A DNA stretch of 64,000 nucleotides from Thermoanaerobaculia bacterium (GTDB taxonomy: Bacteria > Acidobacteriota > Thermoanaerobaculia > Multivoradales > UBA5704), in NCBI GenBank assembly GCA_044226625.1, contig JBGAGQ010000021.1, forward strand, positions 1 to 64,000, written 5' to 3'. Under the pieces are notes generated by a model that did no database searches, had not been told where the DNA came from, and was given only the letters and a program-made list of their open reading frames with translations. The translations under genes and the position numbers were made by a program. Shown piece after piece: positions 35,524 to 46,156 of this stretch; position 1 is the stretch's first letter, and every line of letters starts with the position of its first letter.

Positions 35524-36905
35524 CGTCAGGGGATTCCGATCTTAACCGTCCGAGCGAGCCGGCGAACCGTCGAGCTCCGGTCTGGCCCGCAGCACTGCCT
35601 CCGATCGCGACGAGCCTCGCTCTGCTCATCCTGTACGATCTCCCGCGGCATCCGGCTTTCACCCTGGTCGCGCTCGGGCTCGGGTCCATCGGCCTGGTTT
35701 TCTCGATCCGCCGGCTGAAGGCCACCCGAACCGCCTCCCTCTCCGGAACGATTCTGGGGGTCGCCGTCATCTCGCGGCTCCTCTTGATCGCCCTCCCCCC
35801 CTCGCTCTCCGACGACGCGTTTCGATACCTATGGGACGGACGCGTGGCCGCGGCCAGATTCAACCCGTATCAGGAGGCACCTGATTCCCCCGGTCTCGTT
35901 CCGCTGCGCGACGAGCTCTGGCGCCGGCTGCCGCATCGGACCGTTCCGACGGTCTACCCACCGCTCGGTCTGACCGCCTTCGGCTTGGCGGCGCGATCGC
36001 CGTTCCCGCTGTCGACGTGGAAGCTCATCGCCGCGGCGGCGGACCTCGCCGCCTGCGCTCTGCTGCTCGCGCTCGCCCGCCAAACCGGGGCGGACGAGGC
36101 GCGCGTCGCCTGGTATGCCTGGAATCCGCTCGTCCTGCTCGAAACCGCGGGGATGGGACATGTCGACCCGCTCGGCGTCGCCGCAACGATCGCCGCAGTC
36201 CTCATGATCAGTCGAGGCCCACGACGAGCGGCGGCTGCCGGGGTGGCTGCCGCCGCGGGCGTTCTGGCGAAGCTCGCTCCGCTCGCGGCCCTTCCCCTCT
36301 GGGCACGCAGGAGCGGCCGGCCCCGGCTTTTTCTTCTCGCCGCGCTCGGGCTTTCGGGCCTGGCGTTCTTCCCCGTGGTAAGGGCGACCGGCGGCTTCCC
36401 GCCCGGCCTCGCGATCTACGGCCTCTCCTGGGAATGGAACGGGCCACTCTACGAGCCGCTATGGCGCTCGCTCGAAGCAATCGGAATCGGGCCGGCCGTG
36501 CACGGGGCTCTGGACAGGATCAAGAGTTGGACCGAGTGGTGGACGTTTTGGAATCGCTTCTACCCTTACGCCTACCCGCGGTTCCTGGCGAAGCTCGTGC
36601 TCGCCGGGCTGGCACTCGGGGCGATCGCCGCGTCGCTGCGTGAGACCGATGCGGTCCGGGGAACGGGCCGCCTGTTCGGCCGGCTGGCGCTCGCCTCGGC
36701 GACGTTCTATCCCTGGTATCTCCTTTGGGTCCTGCCGTGGGCGGCCCTCCGCGAGGAACGGTCTTGGTTGCTACTCGCGGCGCTCCTTCCTCTCTCCTAC
36801 GTCCCCGGGTTGTTCGGAGTACCGCTCTGGCCCTGGGTCTACCTCGCGATCTGGGGTCCTTTCGCCCTCTCGGCCCTGCTCGAACGACCATGGTCGCGCT
36901 TCTGA
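35505..36905 (+). CDS. GT87-like membrane glycosyltransferase
   Basis: SDDAFRYLWDG, VYPP, WNPL..E..GH.D, YPWY; start uncertain. Confidence 0.8.
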   Translation: MPAVAASSGDSDLNRPSEPANRRAPVWPAALPPIATSLALLILYDLPRHPAFTLVALGLGSIGLVFSIRRLKATRTASLSGTILGVAVISRLLLIALPPSLSDDAFRYLWDGRVAAARFNPYQEAPDSPGLVPLRDELWRRLPHRTVPTVYPPLGLTAFGLAARSPFPLSTWKLIAAAADLAACALLLALARQTGADEARVAWYAWNPLVLLETAGMGHVDPLGVAATIAAVLMISRGPRRAAAAGVAAAAGVLAKLAPLAALPLWARRSGRPRLFLLAALGLSGLAFFPVVRATGGFPPGLAIYGLSWEWNGPLYEPLWRSLEAIGIGPAVHGALDRIKSWTEWWTFWNRFYPYAYPRFLAKLVLAGLALGAIAASLRETDAVRGTGRLFGRLALASATFYPWYLLWVLPWAALREERSWLLLAALLPLSYVPGLFGVPLWPWVYLAIWGPFALSALLERPWSRF

Positions 36906-37663
36906 CTCTCTCCTATCGTGGCGCGGCGTACGCCGGCTGGCAGCGGCAGGACAACGCGCTCGCCGTCCAGCAGGTGGTAGAAGAAGCCCTAGGGCGCCTG
37001 CTCCAGCTCTCCCCCGACCAGACCGTTCGGATCGTCGGCGCGAGCAGAACCGACGCTGGGGTCCACGCCCGCGGGCAGCGCGCCCACCTCGATCTCGCGG
37101 CGCTCGGGCGGCCGGATTTCCCGCTCCGCGGTCTGGTCCACGGCACGAACCACAATCTGCCGGAGGACGTGCGCGTGCTCTCGGCGCGCGAGGTTCCCGA
37201 CGGGTTCCATGCGCGGAAGTCGGCCGTTTCCAAGCAGTACAGCTATCGTCTGAGCCGGGCACCCATTCTTTCGCCGCTCGACGCGCCGTTCGCGCTGAAG
37301 ATCTCTCCGGGAGTCGATCTCGATCGGATGAACCGGGCGGCTGCTGCGCTCCTAGGACGGCACGACTTCACCGCCTTCACCCTGGCCGGGGCCGCGCCCG
37401 GAGATCGCCACCGCGAAATCTACGCCGCCCGCTGGGAGGAGGCCGGGGAGGAGCTGATCTTCCGCGTCGAGGGGGAAGGGTTCCTTCGGGGCATGGTGCG
37501 AGGCCTCGTTGGCACGATGATCGAGGTCGGCCTCGGCGACCGGACCGTCGAGAACTTCGAGCGCCTGCTCACCGGAGCGCCGCGCGAAGAGGCGGGAATG
37601 ACCGCTCCAGCCCACGCGCTGGTGCTCGAGTGGGTTCGCTACCCCGACCCCGCCCTCGGTTGA
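36890..37663 (+). CDS. truA: tRNA pseudouridine(38-40) synthase
   Basis: YAGWQRQ, SRTDAGVHA, FHAR, HDF, FLRGMVR, TAPAHAL. Confidence 0.96.
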   Translation: MVALLTLSYRGAAYAGWQRQDNALAVQQVVEEALGRLLQLSPDQTVRIVGASRTDAGVHARGQRAHLDLAALGRPDFPLRGLVHGTNHNLPEDVRVLSAREVPDGFHARKSAVSKQYSYRLSRAPILSPLDAPFALKISPGVDLDRMNRAAAALLGRHDFTAFTLAGAAPGDRHREIYAARWEEAGEELIFRVEGEGFLRGMVRGLVGTMIEVGLGDRTVENFERLLTGAPREEAGMTAPAHALVLEWVRYPDPALG

Positions 37664-37668
37664 AGGGA

Positions 37669-38139
37669 TTAGGGATCGACGGTCAGGGAGAGCTCGCGGC
37701 GGAACGTCTCTTTCCCCTCGGGGCCGATGCGCACCACCACCCGCGCGGCACCCGCCGGCCAGTCGGCGCTCGGCGCGGTAAAGGAAACGTGGGTTTCGCC
37801 GCCGATCACGGTCGTCCACTGCTCCGCGGCGACTCCGCCCGGCCCGGTCCAGCTTGCCGTGACGGTGGTGCCTGGAAGGAGATCCCCCGATTCGACGGCG
37901 AGCAGGATCGGGGTGCCCCGGCGAAACGTCGTCGCCTGATCGGACGTCTGGATCGAGCCATCGGGAGAGAACAGCTTTCCGGCCGAAACCTCCCGCGCCG
38001 GCTCGGGATCGAGGAAGGAATCGGCGTCGGGCGCCGCGGGGCGAGATTTGGGTGCTTCGGCGTGTGGCTCGGTGGCCGCTTTCGGCCCGCATCCGAGGAA
38101 CGCAAACAGGGCGAGAAGGGGGAGAACCCGCGTCGACAC
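37669..38139 (-). CDS. Hypothetical lipoprotein
   Basis: Lipobox FLGC; beta-rich C-terminal half. Confidence 0.7.
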   Translation of the reverse strand: MSTRVLPLLALFAFLGCGPKAATEPHAEAPKSRPAAPDADSFLDPEPAREVSAGKLFSPDGSIQTSDQATTFRRGTPILLAVESGDLLPGTTVTASWTGPGGVAAEQWTTVIGGETHVSFTAPSADWPAGAARVVVRIGPEGKETFRRELSLTVDP

Positions 38140-38168
38140 GTGCGGATTCTCCCACGACTTTCTCGAAC

Positions 38169-38960
38169 CTATCCCTGGTCCGTCCGCCGAGCGATCTCCG
38201 CCTGAATCTGCGGCATTAGAACAGGGCTCGCGGCGAGCAGACGGGTGAGCTTCGGCCGGGGACGGTTAAAACGCTCTTCGTCAGGAGAACCGCCGACGAT
38301 TGTCCCGCCGGCCGAGAGCACCAGAGCGACGCCCGCCGCCACGTCCCACTCGTGCTTGGGCACGAGGGTCCAGGTCGCGTCGGCAAGCCCGGCCGCGACC
38401 AGCCCGAGCTTGTAGGCGACGGAGCCCAGGGGGCGGACTTCGATCGGCGATTCGCGGAACGCCTCCCATTGACCGCGGCCGACCTCGCTCCGGCTGGCGA
38501 GCACGACCGCTCCGGCCAGCTCGGTCCGCTGCGAGATCGCCGCCGGACGGCCGTTCAGCGTCACGCCATGGCCGAGGGCGCCGAGAATCAGCTCACCCGT
38601 CGCTGGGTTCAAGATCCCCCCAGCGACGGGCCGCCCCTCCTCGACCAGTCCGACGGAAACCGACCACTCCGGAAGGCCCATGACGAACTCCTTCGTCCCG
38701 TCGAGCGGATCGACTACCCAGACTCGACGCGCCGAAAGCCGAGCGGGATCATCGAGCGTCTCTTCGGAAAGCCACCCTTCTCCATCCCTTGGGAGCATCT
38801 CCTTGAGCAAGCTGTCGACCGCGGTGTCAGCTTCGGTAACCGGGTCTCCGCCGGATTTGCGCCGTGCGTCGACGTCTCCCGGCGTGAATCGAGCCAGGAG
38901 TTCGCGCGCACCGGCCAACGCGGCTTCGATGCGCGCGAGCTCCGATTCGTAACCGGGCAT
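38169..38960 (-). CDS. cysQ: 3'(2'),5'-bisphosphate nucleotidase / inositol monophosphatase family
   Basis: PVTEAD, LSEE, DPLDGT, EWDVAAG; TGATG-coupled to sat/cysC. Confidence 0.85.
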   Translation of the reverse strand: MPGYESELARIEAALAGARELLARFTPGDVDARRKSGGDPVTEADTAVDSLLKEMLPRDGEGWLSEETLDDPARLSARRVWVVDPLDGTKEFVMGLPEWSVSVGLVEEGRPVAGGILNPATGELILGALGHGVTLNGRPAAISQRTELAGAVVLASRSEVGRGQWEAFRESPIEVRPLGSVAYKLGLVAAGLADATWTLVPKHEWDVAAGVALVLSAGGTIVGGSPDEERFNRPRPKLTRLLAASPVLMPQIQAEIARRTDQG

Positions 38961-40732
38961 CAGCGCTCCCCGCGGGCGCCGATGTAGCCCTCCTTCTCGA
39001 GGTAGAGCAGGATTTCCTGCGCCGCCTCGTCGGGGGAGATCCCCTGCGTGTCGATCGCGAGCTCGGCATCCGTCGGAGCTTCGTACGGGTCGGAAATCCC
39101 GGTGAACTCTTTGACGATCCCGGCCCGGGCCTTTGCGTAGAGACCCTTGCGGTCCCGGCTCTCGCAGACCTCGAGCGAGGTCGCGACGTGGACCAGCGCG
39201 AAGCCTCCCATCGGCGCGATCATCGCCCGCACCTCTTTGCGCACCGCGTCGTACGGAGCGATCGGCGCGCAGATCGCGATACCCCCGTTCTTGGTGATCT
39301 CGGAGGCCACGTAACCGATGCGCCGGATGTTGATGTCGCGGTGTTCTTTGGAGAAGTTGAGCTCGGACGAGAGGTGCTTCCGCACCACGTCGCCGTCGAG
39401 GAGGGTGACCGGCCGCCCTCCCATCTCGAGGAGCTTGACCAGCAGCGCGTTGGCGATCGTCGACTTACCGGAGCCCGAGAGGCCGCTCATGAAGATCGTG
39501 AAGCCTTGCGCCTTCCGCGGCGGATGGGTGCGGCGCAGCTCGGCCGCCACCTCCGGGAAAGTGAACCAGGCGGGGATTTCCAAACCCTCGGTCAAACGGC
39601 GGCGAAGCTCCGTGCCCGAAAGGTCGAGAGCCCGCGAGCCCTCGGGAATCTGATCGTCGGGGAAATAGCTGTCGCGATCCTCGACGTAAACCAGGGCCTG
39701 GAAGGGCACCATCTCGACCCCCAGCTCCTGGGCGTGCGCCTTGAGGAGATCCTGGGCGTCGTAAGGACCGTAGAACGGCTTACCGGTCGAGTCCTTGCCC
39801 GGACCGGCGTGGTCGCGTCCCACGATGAAGTGGGTGCAACCATGGTTCTTGCGCACGATCGCGTGGAGCAGCGCCTCGCGCGGACCCGCCATCCGCATCG
39901 CCAGGTTGAGCAGGGCGAGCATCGCGGTCTGCTGGGGATAGCGGTCGAAGATCGCCTGATAACAACGCACCCGCGTGTAGTGGTCGAGGTCGCCCGGCTT
40001 CGTCATGCCGACCACCGGGTGGACGAGCAAGTTCGCCTGCGCGTCGCGTGCGGCGCGAAGGGTGAGCTCGAAATGGGCGCGGTGCATGGGATTCCGGGTC
40101 TGGAACGCCACCACCCGACGCCAACCGCGGCGAGCGAAGGAGGCGCGCACCTCGGCGGGGGACAGGCGCATCGTCCGGTAGTCGTAGTGGGTCGGTAGCT
40201 GGAGCGCCTCGATCCGGCCGCCGACGAAGACCGGGTTCGAGCGATGGATCAGCTGCGCCGCGCCCGGGTGGAGCTTGTCGGTCGTGCCGAACGCCTGGGC
40301 CGCCAGCTTCTCGCGATCCGGCCGCCAGATGTCCTCGACGTGGAGGGCGGCAAGCATCACCCCTTCAGGATCGCGGAGCGCGAGCATCCCGCCGACCGTG
40401 AGCTTCTCGGCGAGCGCCTCCGGCACGTCCAGGTTGATCGGCAAGGGGAAGATCAAACCCGCGCCGGGGCCGGTCGCGAGGCGCATGCTCTCGCCCACCG
40501 ATTCGGTGTCCGCCCGATTCATGAAGCCGGTAAGGGGCGAGAACGAACCGTTCGCGAGCAGCTCGAGATCACAAATCTGCCGGGCATCGAGATCGAGCGA
40601 CGGCCAATCGCGCGACGCCTCTTTCAGCTCAGAGGCGCGTTCGGGAGAGACGACGAGGTCGACCAGCGTGCCGCCGTGCGGCGGAATCAAATGGTCGGTG
40701 GCTCCAGACGACGTGGAAGGAGAAGAACTCAT
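38960..40732 (-). CDS. sat: Bifunctional ATP sulfurylase / APS kinase
   Basis: PHGG, FQTRNPMHRAH, GRDHAG; GLSGSGKST, LDGD, RDRKGLY, FTGISDPYE. Confidence 0.96.
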   Translation of the reverse strand: MSSSPSTSSGATDHLIPPHGGTLVDLVVSPERASELKEASRDWPSLDLDARQICDLELLANGSFSPLTGFMNRADTESVGESMRLATGPGAGLIFPLPINLDVPEALAEKLTVGGMLALRDPEGVMLAALHVEDIWRPDREKLAAQAFGTTDKLHPGAAQLIHRSNPVFVGGRIEALQLPTHYDYRTMRLSPAEVRASFARRGWRRVVAFQTRNPMHRAHFELTLRAARDAQANLLVHPVVGMTKPGDLDHYTRVRCYQAIFDRYPQQTAMLALLNLAMRMAGPREALLHAIVRKNHGCTHFIVGRDHAGPGKDSTGKPFYGPYDAQDLLKAHAQELGVEMVPFQALVYVEDRDSYFPDDQIPEGSRALDLSGTELRRRLTEGLEIPAWFTFPEVAAELRRTHPPRKAQGFTIFMSGLSGSGKSTIANALLVKLLEMGGRPVTLLDGDVVRKHLSSELNFSKEHRDINIRRIGYVASEITKNGGIAICAPIAPYDAVRKEVRAMIAPMGGFALVHVATSLEVCESRDRKGLYAKARAGIVKEFTGISDPYEAPTDAELAIDTQGISPDEAAQEILLYLEKEGYIGARGER

Positions 40733-40959
40733 GACCGAAGGAAACCTCGCTCTGGGAAGGGAGACGGTAATCGAAACGGTCCGGAGGACGGACCGGTTGG
40801 GAGCTGGCGATCGGCGGTACCACGGGGTCTCAGCCGCCGTGTTGATTCCGCCACGTACCAGAGTGCAGGAAATGCCCCCAGCCGGGACCGAAAGGCCGGA
40901 AACGATCCGGCTCGATCGCAGCCGCGTCCCGAATCCGACGGTTTGAGTCTGCGTTGAGC

Positions 40960-41610
40960 CTAGGGGCTCGCCGGCGAGGGATTGGGATCCTCGTCGGTAA
41001 CGATCGCGGTCGTGGTGAACAGCGGGCCGAACACCGCCCGCTTCTGCCAGAACGCGACGACGCAGGTGCGGCAGAGATCGTCGGCATGCAAAACGCCCCG
41101 GGCGTCGATGCGGGAAACGATGCCGTCGCACAGGAAGCCGAGCACGGACCGGCGGTTCTGGGGCTGGGCGGTTTCGCCGATCACGAGGTTCTCGGCAAGG
41201 CCGAGTTCTTTCTCCGTGAGCGGCACCTTGCAATCCTGCTTGTCCTTTACCGCGACCTCGGCGATCTTGGAACGGGAGATCTCCTTGCCGTCAGGCATGA
41301 CGACCGCGCCGTAGTACTCGACCCGCTCGTTCCGCCGCTCCGGCTTGGGCAACACCGTCCAATAGCGCCCTTCCCCCTTGGCCACCATGGGAACGTAGTA
41401 GTTGCCACCTCGATCCTTCCAGCGGAAATAGAGCCGGACCGCCGACCCGCCGAGCTCCTGGGAAACTCGGGCCGTGATCACTCCGTTGTCCTCCATCGGC
41501 AGGCAGGCGGTCGAATCGACGGTGATCATCGGCACCTGCGCTCGAGCCGCCGCGGCGATGGCGAAGAGGGTCACGAAGGCGCGCGTCGTTTTCATCGGGT
41601 CGATTTTCAT
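40960..41610 (-). CDS. Exported hypothetical protein
   Basis: Signal AAARA|Q; 5 Cys; ends DEDPNPSPASP. Confidence 0.75.
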   Translation of the reverse strand: MKIDPMKTTRAFVTLFAIAAAARAQVPMITVDSTACLPMEDNGVITARVSQELGGSAVRLYFRWKDRGGNYYVPMVAKGEGRYWTVLPKPERRNERVEYYGAVVMPDGKEISRSKIAEVAVKDKQDCKVPLTEKELGLAENLVIGETAQPQNRRSVLGFLCDGIVSRIDARGVLHADDLCRTCVVAFWQKRAVFGPLFTTTAIVTDEDPNPSPASP

Positions 41611-41690
41611 GGACCGGTCTCCAAACCTACAGATTCCTTGACGTTAGCTCCGAAACAAAAGCGGCGTCAAGCGGGACGTTGGGCGTCGGG

Positions 41691-43058
41691 TCAAGAGCCC
41701 TCTTCGCGCAGGATCTTTTTCGTGTATTCATCGACGAACGGCGAAGGCTGAAGGTTCGGCAGTGAGCGCTTGAGGATCGAAGCCGCTCCCGAGCGGTCGC
41801 CCGATTCGAACAGCGAGACGGCGAAGTAGAACAGCAGCTCCGGTCGATCGTCTCCCGGGTCTCCCGAGCGGCGGAAATAGCTCGCCGCCTCGGCCCAGCG
41901 CGAATTGCGATAGGCGGCCTCGGCCATCGTCAACTGCGCCTCCCGCCAGTCCGGATGGGCATCGGCGAGCTTCTTCGCCATGTCGCGAGCGCGCTTCAGG
42001 TCGCGGCTCGGCGCCTCGGGACCCAGGAGCTCGCGGACCTTCGGCAATGCCGCCCGTTCAGCGGCGGTCGGCTCGGGGGCGGAGGCAGGGGCGCCGGGCC
42101 GAGGGGACTTCGCGGGTACCGCCCCGGGCGCTGTGGCCGGAACCTTCGCCGTGGCCGGAGCATCGGCTCCTTCCGCCGGCATCTGGCGAACCAAGCGTGA
42201 GATCTCCTTGTCGTCGCGCAGGGCCTGAGGAAGGGACGCCACAAAGGAACGAGCGTCGCTCCAGCTCTTTCTCTCGACCAGACAGCCGAGGCGCGCGGCG
42301 GCAGGAGTAGCGAACTGGCTCGTCTCGGCGCAGCCCGCGAGGTCGACGAGCGCCTCCTGGCAAGAGCCGAGGCGCGCCTGGGCGAGACCGCGCAGACAGA
42401 CGGCTCGCGGTTCGCCGGGCGCGAGACCCAGGGCGGCCTGAGCGGCGGTCAGGGCGACCGCCGGTCGTCCCTCCGCGACCTCCAAGCGCCCCAGCAGAAT
42501 CCTCCAGGTGGGGTTCCTCGGCTCGGCGGCGATTCGCTTCTCGAGCTCCTCGCGCCGCGCCCGAGGGGGCATCGCCTCCACTTTCGCCGCATCTTTTTGG
42601 GCCAGTAACCGGGAGAAGACGGGCGACGCGGCCAGCACCTCCGCCGGGATGCGCGCCGCGGCCTGCTGCTCGAACGCACTCCGCACCGCGGTCGGTAAGT
42701 CCGCTTGCGAATAGCCCGAGAAGCCGCTTTCGACCTCGACCAGTCGGCGAAACGTCTCGCGGAAACCGTCGCCGTCGCCGCTCTGCGCCTGAGCCACCGC
42801 GAGCCGGGCGAGGCAGCCTCCGAGTGGCTTCGGCTCGTCGAGCAGACCGAAACAGGCGAGCTGCAACCACCGGGCCGCGGTCGCGTAGTCGGCGCGGTCG
42901 TAGGCCTGGACGCCGTCGGAGTAAAGGCTCAGGTAGAACGGATCGACCGCCGCCCGCCCGGCCCTAGGGGTACTGAGAAGCGAAATGGCGGCGATCGCCA
43001 CGATCCCGGCGAACCTCTCAAAACGCACGGCGCGCGGCGCTTCGCCCCGGCGGCTCAT
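41691..43058 (-). CDS. Exported TPR protein
   Basis: ATGA overlap with the phosphatase stop; signal peptide; TPR-like helices. Confidence 0.8.
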   Translation of the reverse strand: MSRRGEAPRAVRFERFAGIVAIAAISLLSTPRAGRAAVDPFYLSLYSDGVQAYDRADYATAARWLQLACFGLLDEPKPLGGCLARLAVAQAQSGDGDGFRETFRRLVEVESGFSGYSQADLPTAVRSAFEQQAAARIPAEVLAASPVFSRLLAQKDAAKVEAMPPRARREELEKRIAAEPRNPTWRILLGRLEVAEGRPAVALTAAQAALGLAPGEPRAVCLRGLAQARLGSCQEALVDLAGCAETSQFATPAAARLGCLVERKSWSDARSFVASLPQALRDDKEISRLVRQMPAEGADAPATAKVPATAPGAVPAKSPRPGAPASAPEPTAAERAALPKVRELLGPEAPSRDLKRARDMAKKLADAHPDWREAQLTMAEAAYRNSRWAEAASYFRRSGDPGDDRPELLFYFAVSLFESGDRSGAASILKRSLPNLQPSPFVDEYTKKILREEGS

Positions 43059-43834
43059 CGAACCTCGCGGCGCAAGGCGGGGGCCACCCGTCCGGCGGTC
43101 GTCAGCCCGTCGAGCGGTCGGTCGGCGACCACCGCCTTGGGGTTCAAGTCGAAGATTTGTTCCGCGATCTCGTCGCCGTAGCGCGCCTCGACCAAACGCC
43201 GCGCGCGGGAAAGCCCCGGAGGGCGCCGTGCGGTGCCGTGCGCATCGCTCGCGACGAAATGGACAAGTCCGACATCCAACAAGCGATGGACGTCGGCCTG
43301 CGCGCGTCGTCCGAACTCGCCGGTCAGGCTCATCGCGGTCACCTGCACCGCGGCACCCAGGCCCACCAGGCGGGCGACCAGATCGGGCTCGTCGGCGAGC
43401 CACGGGATCAGCTCGGGGTGCGCAAGGATCGGCCGCCAACCGGAGACCGAGAGCTCGTGGATCAGCTCGTAGGTGTCGCGCGGCAAGGCGTCGACGTCGA
43501 GCTCGAGGAGCAGCCAACGAGACCGTGCAAGCGGTAGGACGCCGCATCCCTCGCCAGGGGCGGCCATGAACTCGTCGAGGAACCGGCGGTCGACGTGGAT
43601 CTCCCCCCCGGGAAAGAGCGCGATCTCGCGGCCAACCTCGCGCTCGATCCTCTCGCGCAGGGTGTCGAGCAACTCGAGGTCGTCGTTCCACCAGCTGCCG
43701 CGGCGTTGATGAGGAGTCGCCACCAATCCCGTGCAGCCGTCGATCACGGCCTGCCGGCACATGGCGACCGCCTCGGCGAAATTCTCCGCCCCGTCGTCGA
43801 TGCCGGGCAGAAAGTGGGTGTGCAGGTCGATCAT
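43055..43834 (-). CDS. PHP-family protein-tyrosine phosphatase (CpsB/CapC type)
   Basis: MIDLHTHFLPGIDDG, ATPH, AHPE, ASDAH..RPP. Confidence 0.93.
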   Translation of the reverse strand: MIDLHTHFLPGIDDGAENFAEAVAMCRQAVIDGCTGLVATPHQRRGSWWNDDLELLDTLRERIEREVGREIALFPGGEIHVDRRFLDEFMAAPGEGCGVLPLARSRWLLLELDVDALPRDTYELIHELSVSGWRPILAHPELIPWLADEPDLVARLVGLGAAVQVTAMSLTGEFGRRAQADVHRLLDVGLVHFVASDAHGTARRPPGLSRARRLVEARYGDEIAEQIFDLNPKAVVADRPLDGLTTAGRVAPALRREVR

Positions 43835-43852
43835 AGAGCGAAGAGCGAGGCG

Positions 43853-46156
43853 TCAGACCGCCTGAGCCTCCTTTTCGTAGCCACCATACGATTCGTAGTA
43901 CCGGGTCTTCCGACCGTACCGCGCCGCCTCCGACCGATGGCGGTTCAGCACGACACCCAGGATGCGAAGCTCGGCCATGCGCAGACGCTCCGCACAATCC
44001 TTGGCGTCGACCCGCGTGACCTTGCCCGCGCGGAAGGTGAGGACCAGCCCGTCGGACAGCGCGCCGACGATCGTTGCGTCGGTGACCGCGAGCGACGGCG
44101 GGGTATCGACGATCACATAGTCGAAACGAGAGCGCATGGCGTTCAGCCATTCGCGCATTCGGTCGGACGACAAGAGCTCGGACGGGTTTGGCGGGATCGG
44201 CCCCGAGGGGATCAGCCAGAGATTCGGCACGCCGGTTTCGGTGAACACCGCCTCGGGCTCGACCGCGCCAGTGAGCTGGTTGACCAGCCCCGTCCGATTC
44301 GAGACTCGGAACACCTGGTGCATGCGCGGCTTGCGCAGGTCGGCGTCGACGATCAGTACCCGACGGCCGAGCTGGGCGAGAACCACCCCGAGGTTCGAAG
44401 CGGTGGCGGTTTTGCCCTCCCCCGCCGACGCCGAAGTGACCGCGATCACCTTGAGCTCCTCGGCGGTCGACAGCAGCAGCGAGGTGCGTAGCGAACGGTA
44501 GACCTCCGAGATCGGGGAGCGAGGCCGCTCGTGCGGCACCAGCTCAATCTGCTCCCGCTCTCCGACCGCCGCGCGCTCCCTTTCGGCCCCCGACTTGCCC
44601 CCGCCTTTGCCTCCCTCGGAAGCCTTCGCTCGGCGGCTTCCCTTCTTCAGGTCGACGCCATAGCCATATCCGTAGCCATAGGCGCGCCCGGTTTCCGAGA
44701 TGTCGGGCACCACCGCGAGCGTCGGCAGCTTGAGACGGCGCTCGATCTCCTCCGGAGACTTGATCGTCCGGTCGAGGAACTCGATCAGGAACGCGATACC
44801 CACGCCGAGCAACAAACCGAACAACAACCCATAGGTGACGTCCTGCCGCAGCGAAGGCCGGAACGGTCCGCCGGGAAGGAGCGCGGAGTCGATGATCCGG
44901 ATGTTGGAGTCCCGGGTTCCCTGGAGACGCGCCGCGACCTCGGTCTCGGACTGTTTCTTGAGCAGCTCGTCGAACATCTGCCGGCGAGTCTCGATCTCCA
45001 CCTTGAGGTTCGTGTACTCGACCGCCGCCGAGCTCTGATTGATCGCCTCGCCCTTGGTCCTCTCGACCTCGGCGCCGAGCGTCTGCTCCTGCCGTGAGGC
45101 GGTCTGGTACTCGGCGAACGCGTCGCTGCGCGCCCTCGCGCCCATCTCCTCGATGACCGAACGGAGATGCTGCTGCCCTTTGTCGATCTCCGCCTTGAGC
45201 GAGACCATGGCCGGCCAGTCGGGCTTGTAGGTTTTGAGCTTGGTCTCGTACTCGCGCTCCAGCTTGAGCTGGTTCGAACGGAGCTCGGAGACCACGCCTC
45301 CGCCAAGGCTGTCGGCCACCGAATCCTTCGCCGCGAGCTGCAGCTCGTGGTACCGCGCCTCCTTCTCGATCCGCAGACGCTTGGCACCCAGGTAGTCGCT
45401 GTTGAGCGTCTCCAGGCGCTTGAGCACGTCGTTCGACGCCGGATCGACACCTCCCACGATGTCGCTCGTGCGGCTGAACTTCTGGAGCTCGTTCTCTTTC
45501 TGTTGGATCTCGGCCTTGAGCGTCTCGATCTGCGAGGAGAGGAACGACGAAGCCTTGCCCGCCGATGTGTAGCGGTCTTCGATCCCGAGATCGATGTAGG
45601 CCTCGGCGAAAGCGTTCGCGACCCGGGCGGCGTACGCGGGGTCTTTCGACCGATAGCCGATCCGGACCAGCGAGGTGCCGCGGATGGGGTCGACCGCGAG
45701 CCCCCCGAGCAGACCCTGGGCGGCCGCACCCAGGGCCGCCGCGTCATCCGCCGCGCTCGCGGGCGCCGCCCGCGGACCGGCACCCGCGCTCGGCCCATCG
45801 CCGCGGACGTGCGTGAGGTCGAGGTTGCGCACCACGCGCTCGGCCAGGCCGCGGCTACGCAAGAGCTCGTACTGGGTGGGGTAGAACTCGATGTTCCAAT
45901 AGTTGTCCCAGGTGTTCTGATCCGAGAGGACCGGCGCCGCGCTCTTGCGTTCGATCTGCACCGTGGCGGTCGCCATGTACTCCTTCGGCGTCACCAGGTA
46001 ATGGGCGATTCCCAGGGCGAGAAACGTCGCGGCGCAAGCGCCGATCAGCCGCCAATGGCGGCGCAGCATGCCGATGTATTCGGCGATGTCGAACTCGGAT
46101 TCCGCTGGCTCTTCGACCAGATCGAGAGCCGGATCCCGATACGGCAGATTTTTCAA
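43853..46156 (-). CDS. wzc: Polysaccharide co-polymerase / BY-kinase
   Basis: Two TM helices, coiled coil, GEGKT, VDADLR, DTPP, Tyr-rich tail. Confidence 0.95.
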   Translation of the reverse strand: MKNLPYRDPALDLVEEPAESEFDIAEYIGMLRRHWRLIGACAATFLALGIAHYLVTPKEYMATATVQIERKSAAPVLSDQNTWDNYWNIEFYPTQYELLRSRGLAERVVRNLDLTHVRGDGPSAGAGPRAAPASAADDAAALGAAAQGLLGGLAVDPIRGTSLVRIGYRSKDPAYAARVANAFAEAYIDLGIEDRYTSAGKASSFLSSQIETLKAEIQQKENELQKFSRTSDIVGGVDPASNDVLKRLETLNSDYLGAKRLRIEKEARYHELQLAAKDSVADSLGGGVVSELRSNQLKLEREYETKLKTYKPDWPAMVSLKAEIDKGQQHLRSVIEEMGARARSDAFAEYQTASRQEQTLGAEVERTKGEAINQSSAAVEYTNLKVEIETRRQMFDELLKKQSETEVAARLQGTRDSNIRIIDSALLPGGPFRPSLRQDVTYGLLFGLLLGVGIAFLIEFLDRTIKSPEEIERRLKLPTLAVVPDISETGRAYGYGYGYGVDLKKGSRRAKASEGGKGGGKSGAERERAAVGEREQIELVPHERPRSPISEVYRSLRTSLLLSTAEELKVIAVTSASAGEGKTATASNLGVVLAQLGRRVLIVDADLRKPRMHQVFRVSNRTGLVNQLTGAVEPEAVFTETGVPNLWLIPSGPIPPNPSELLSSDRMREWLNAMRSRFDYVIVDTPPSLAVTDATIVGALSDGLVLTFRAGKVTRVDAKDCAERLRMAELRILGVVLNRHRSEAARYGRKTRYYESYGGYEKEAQAV

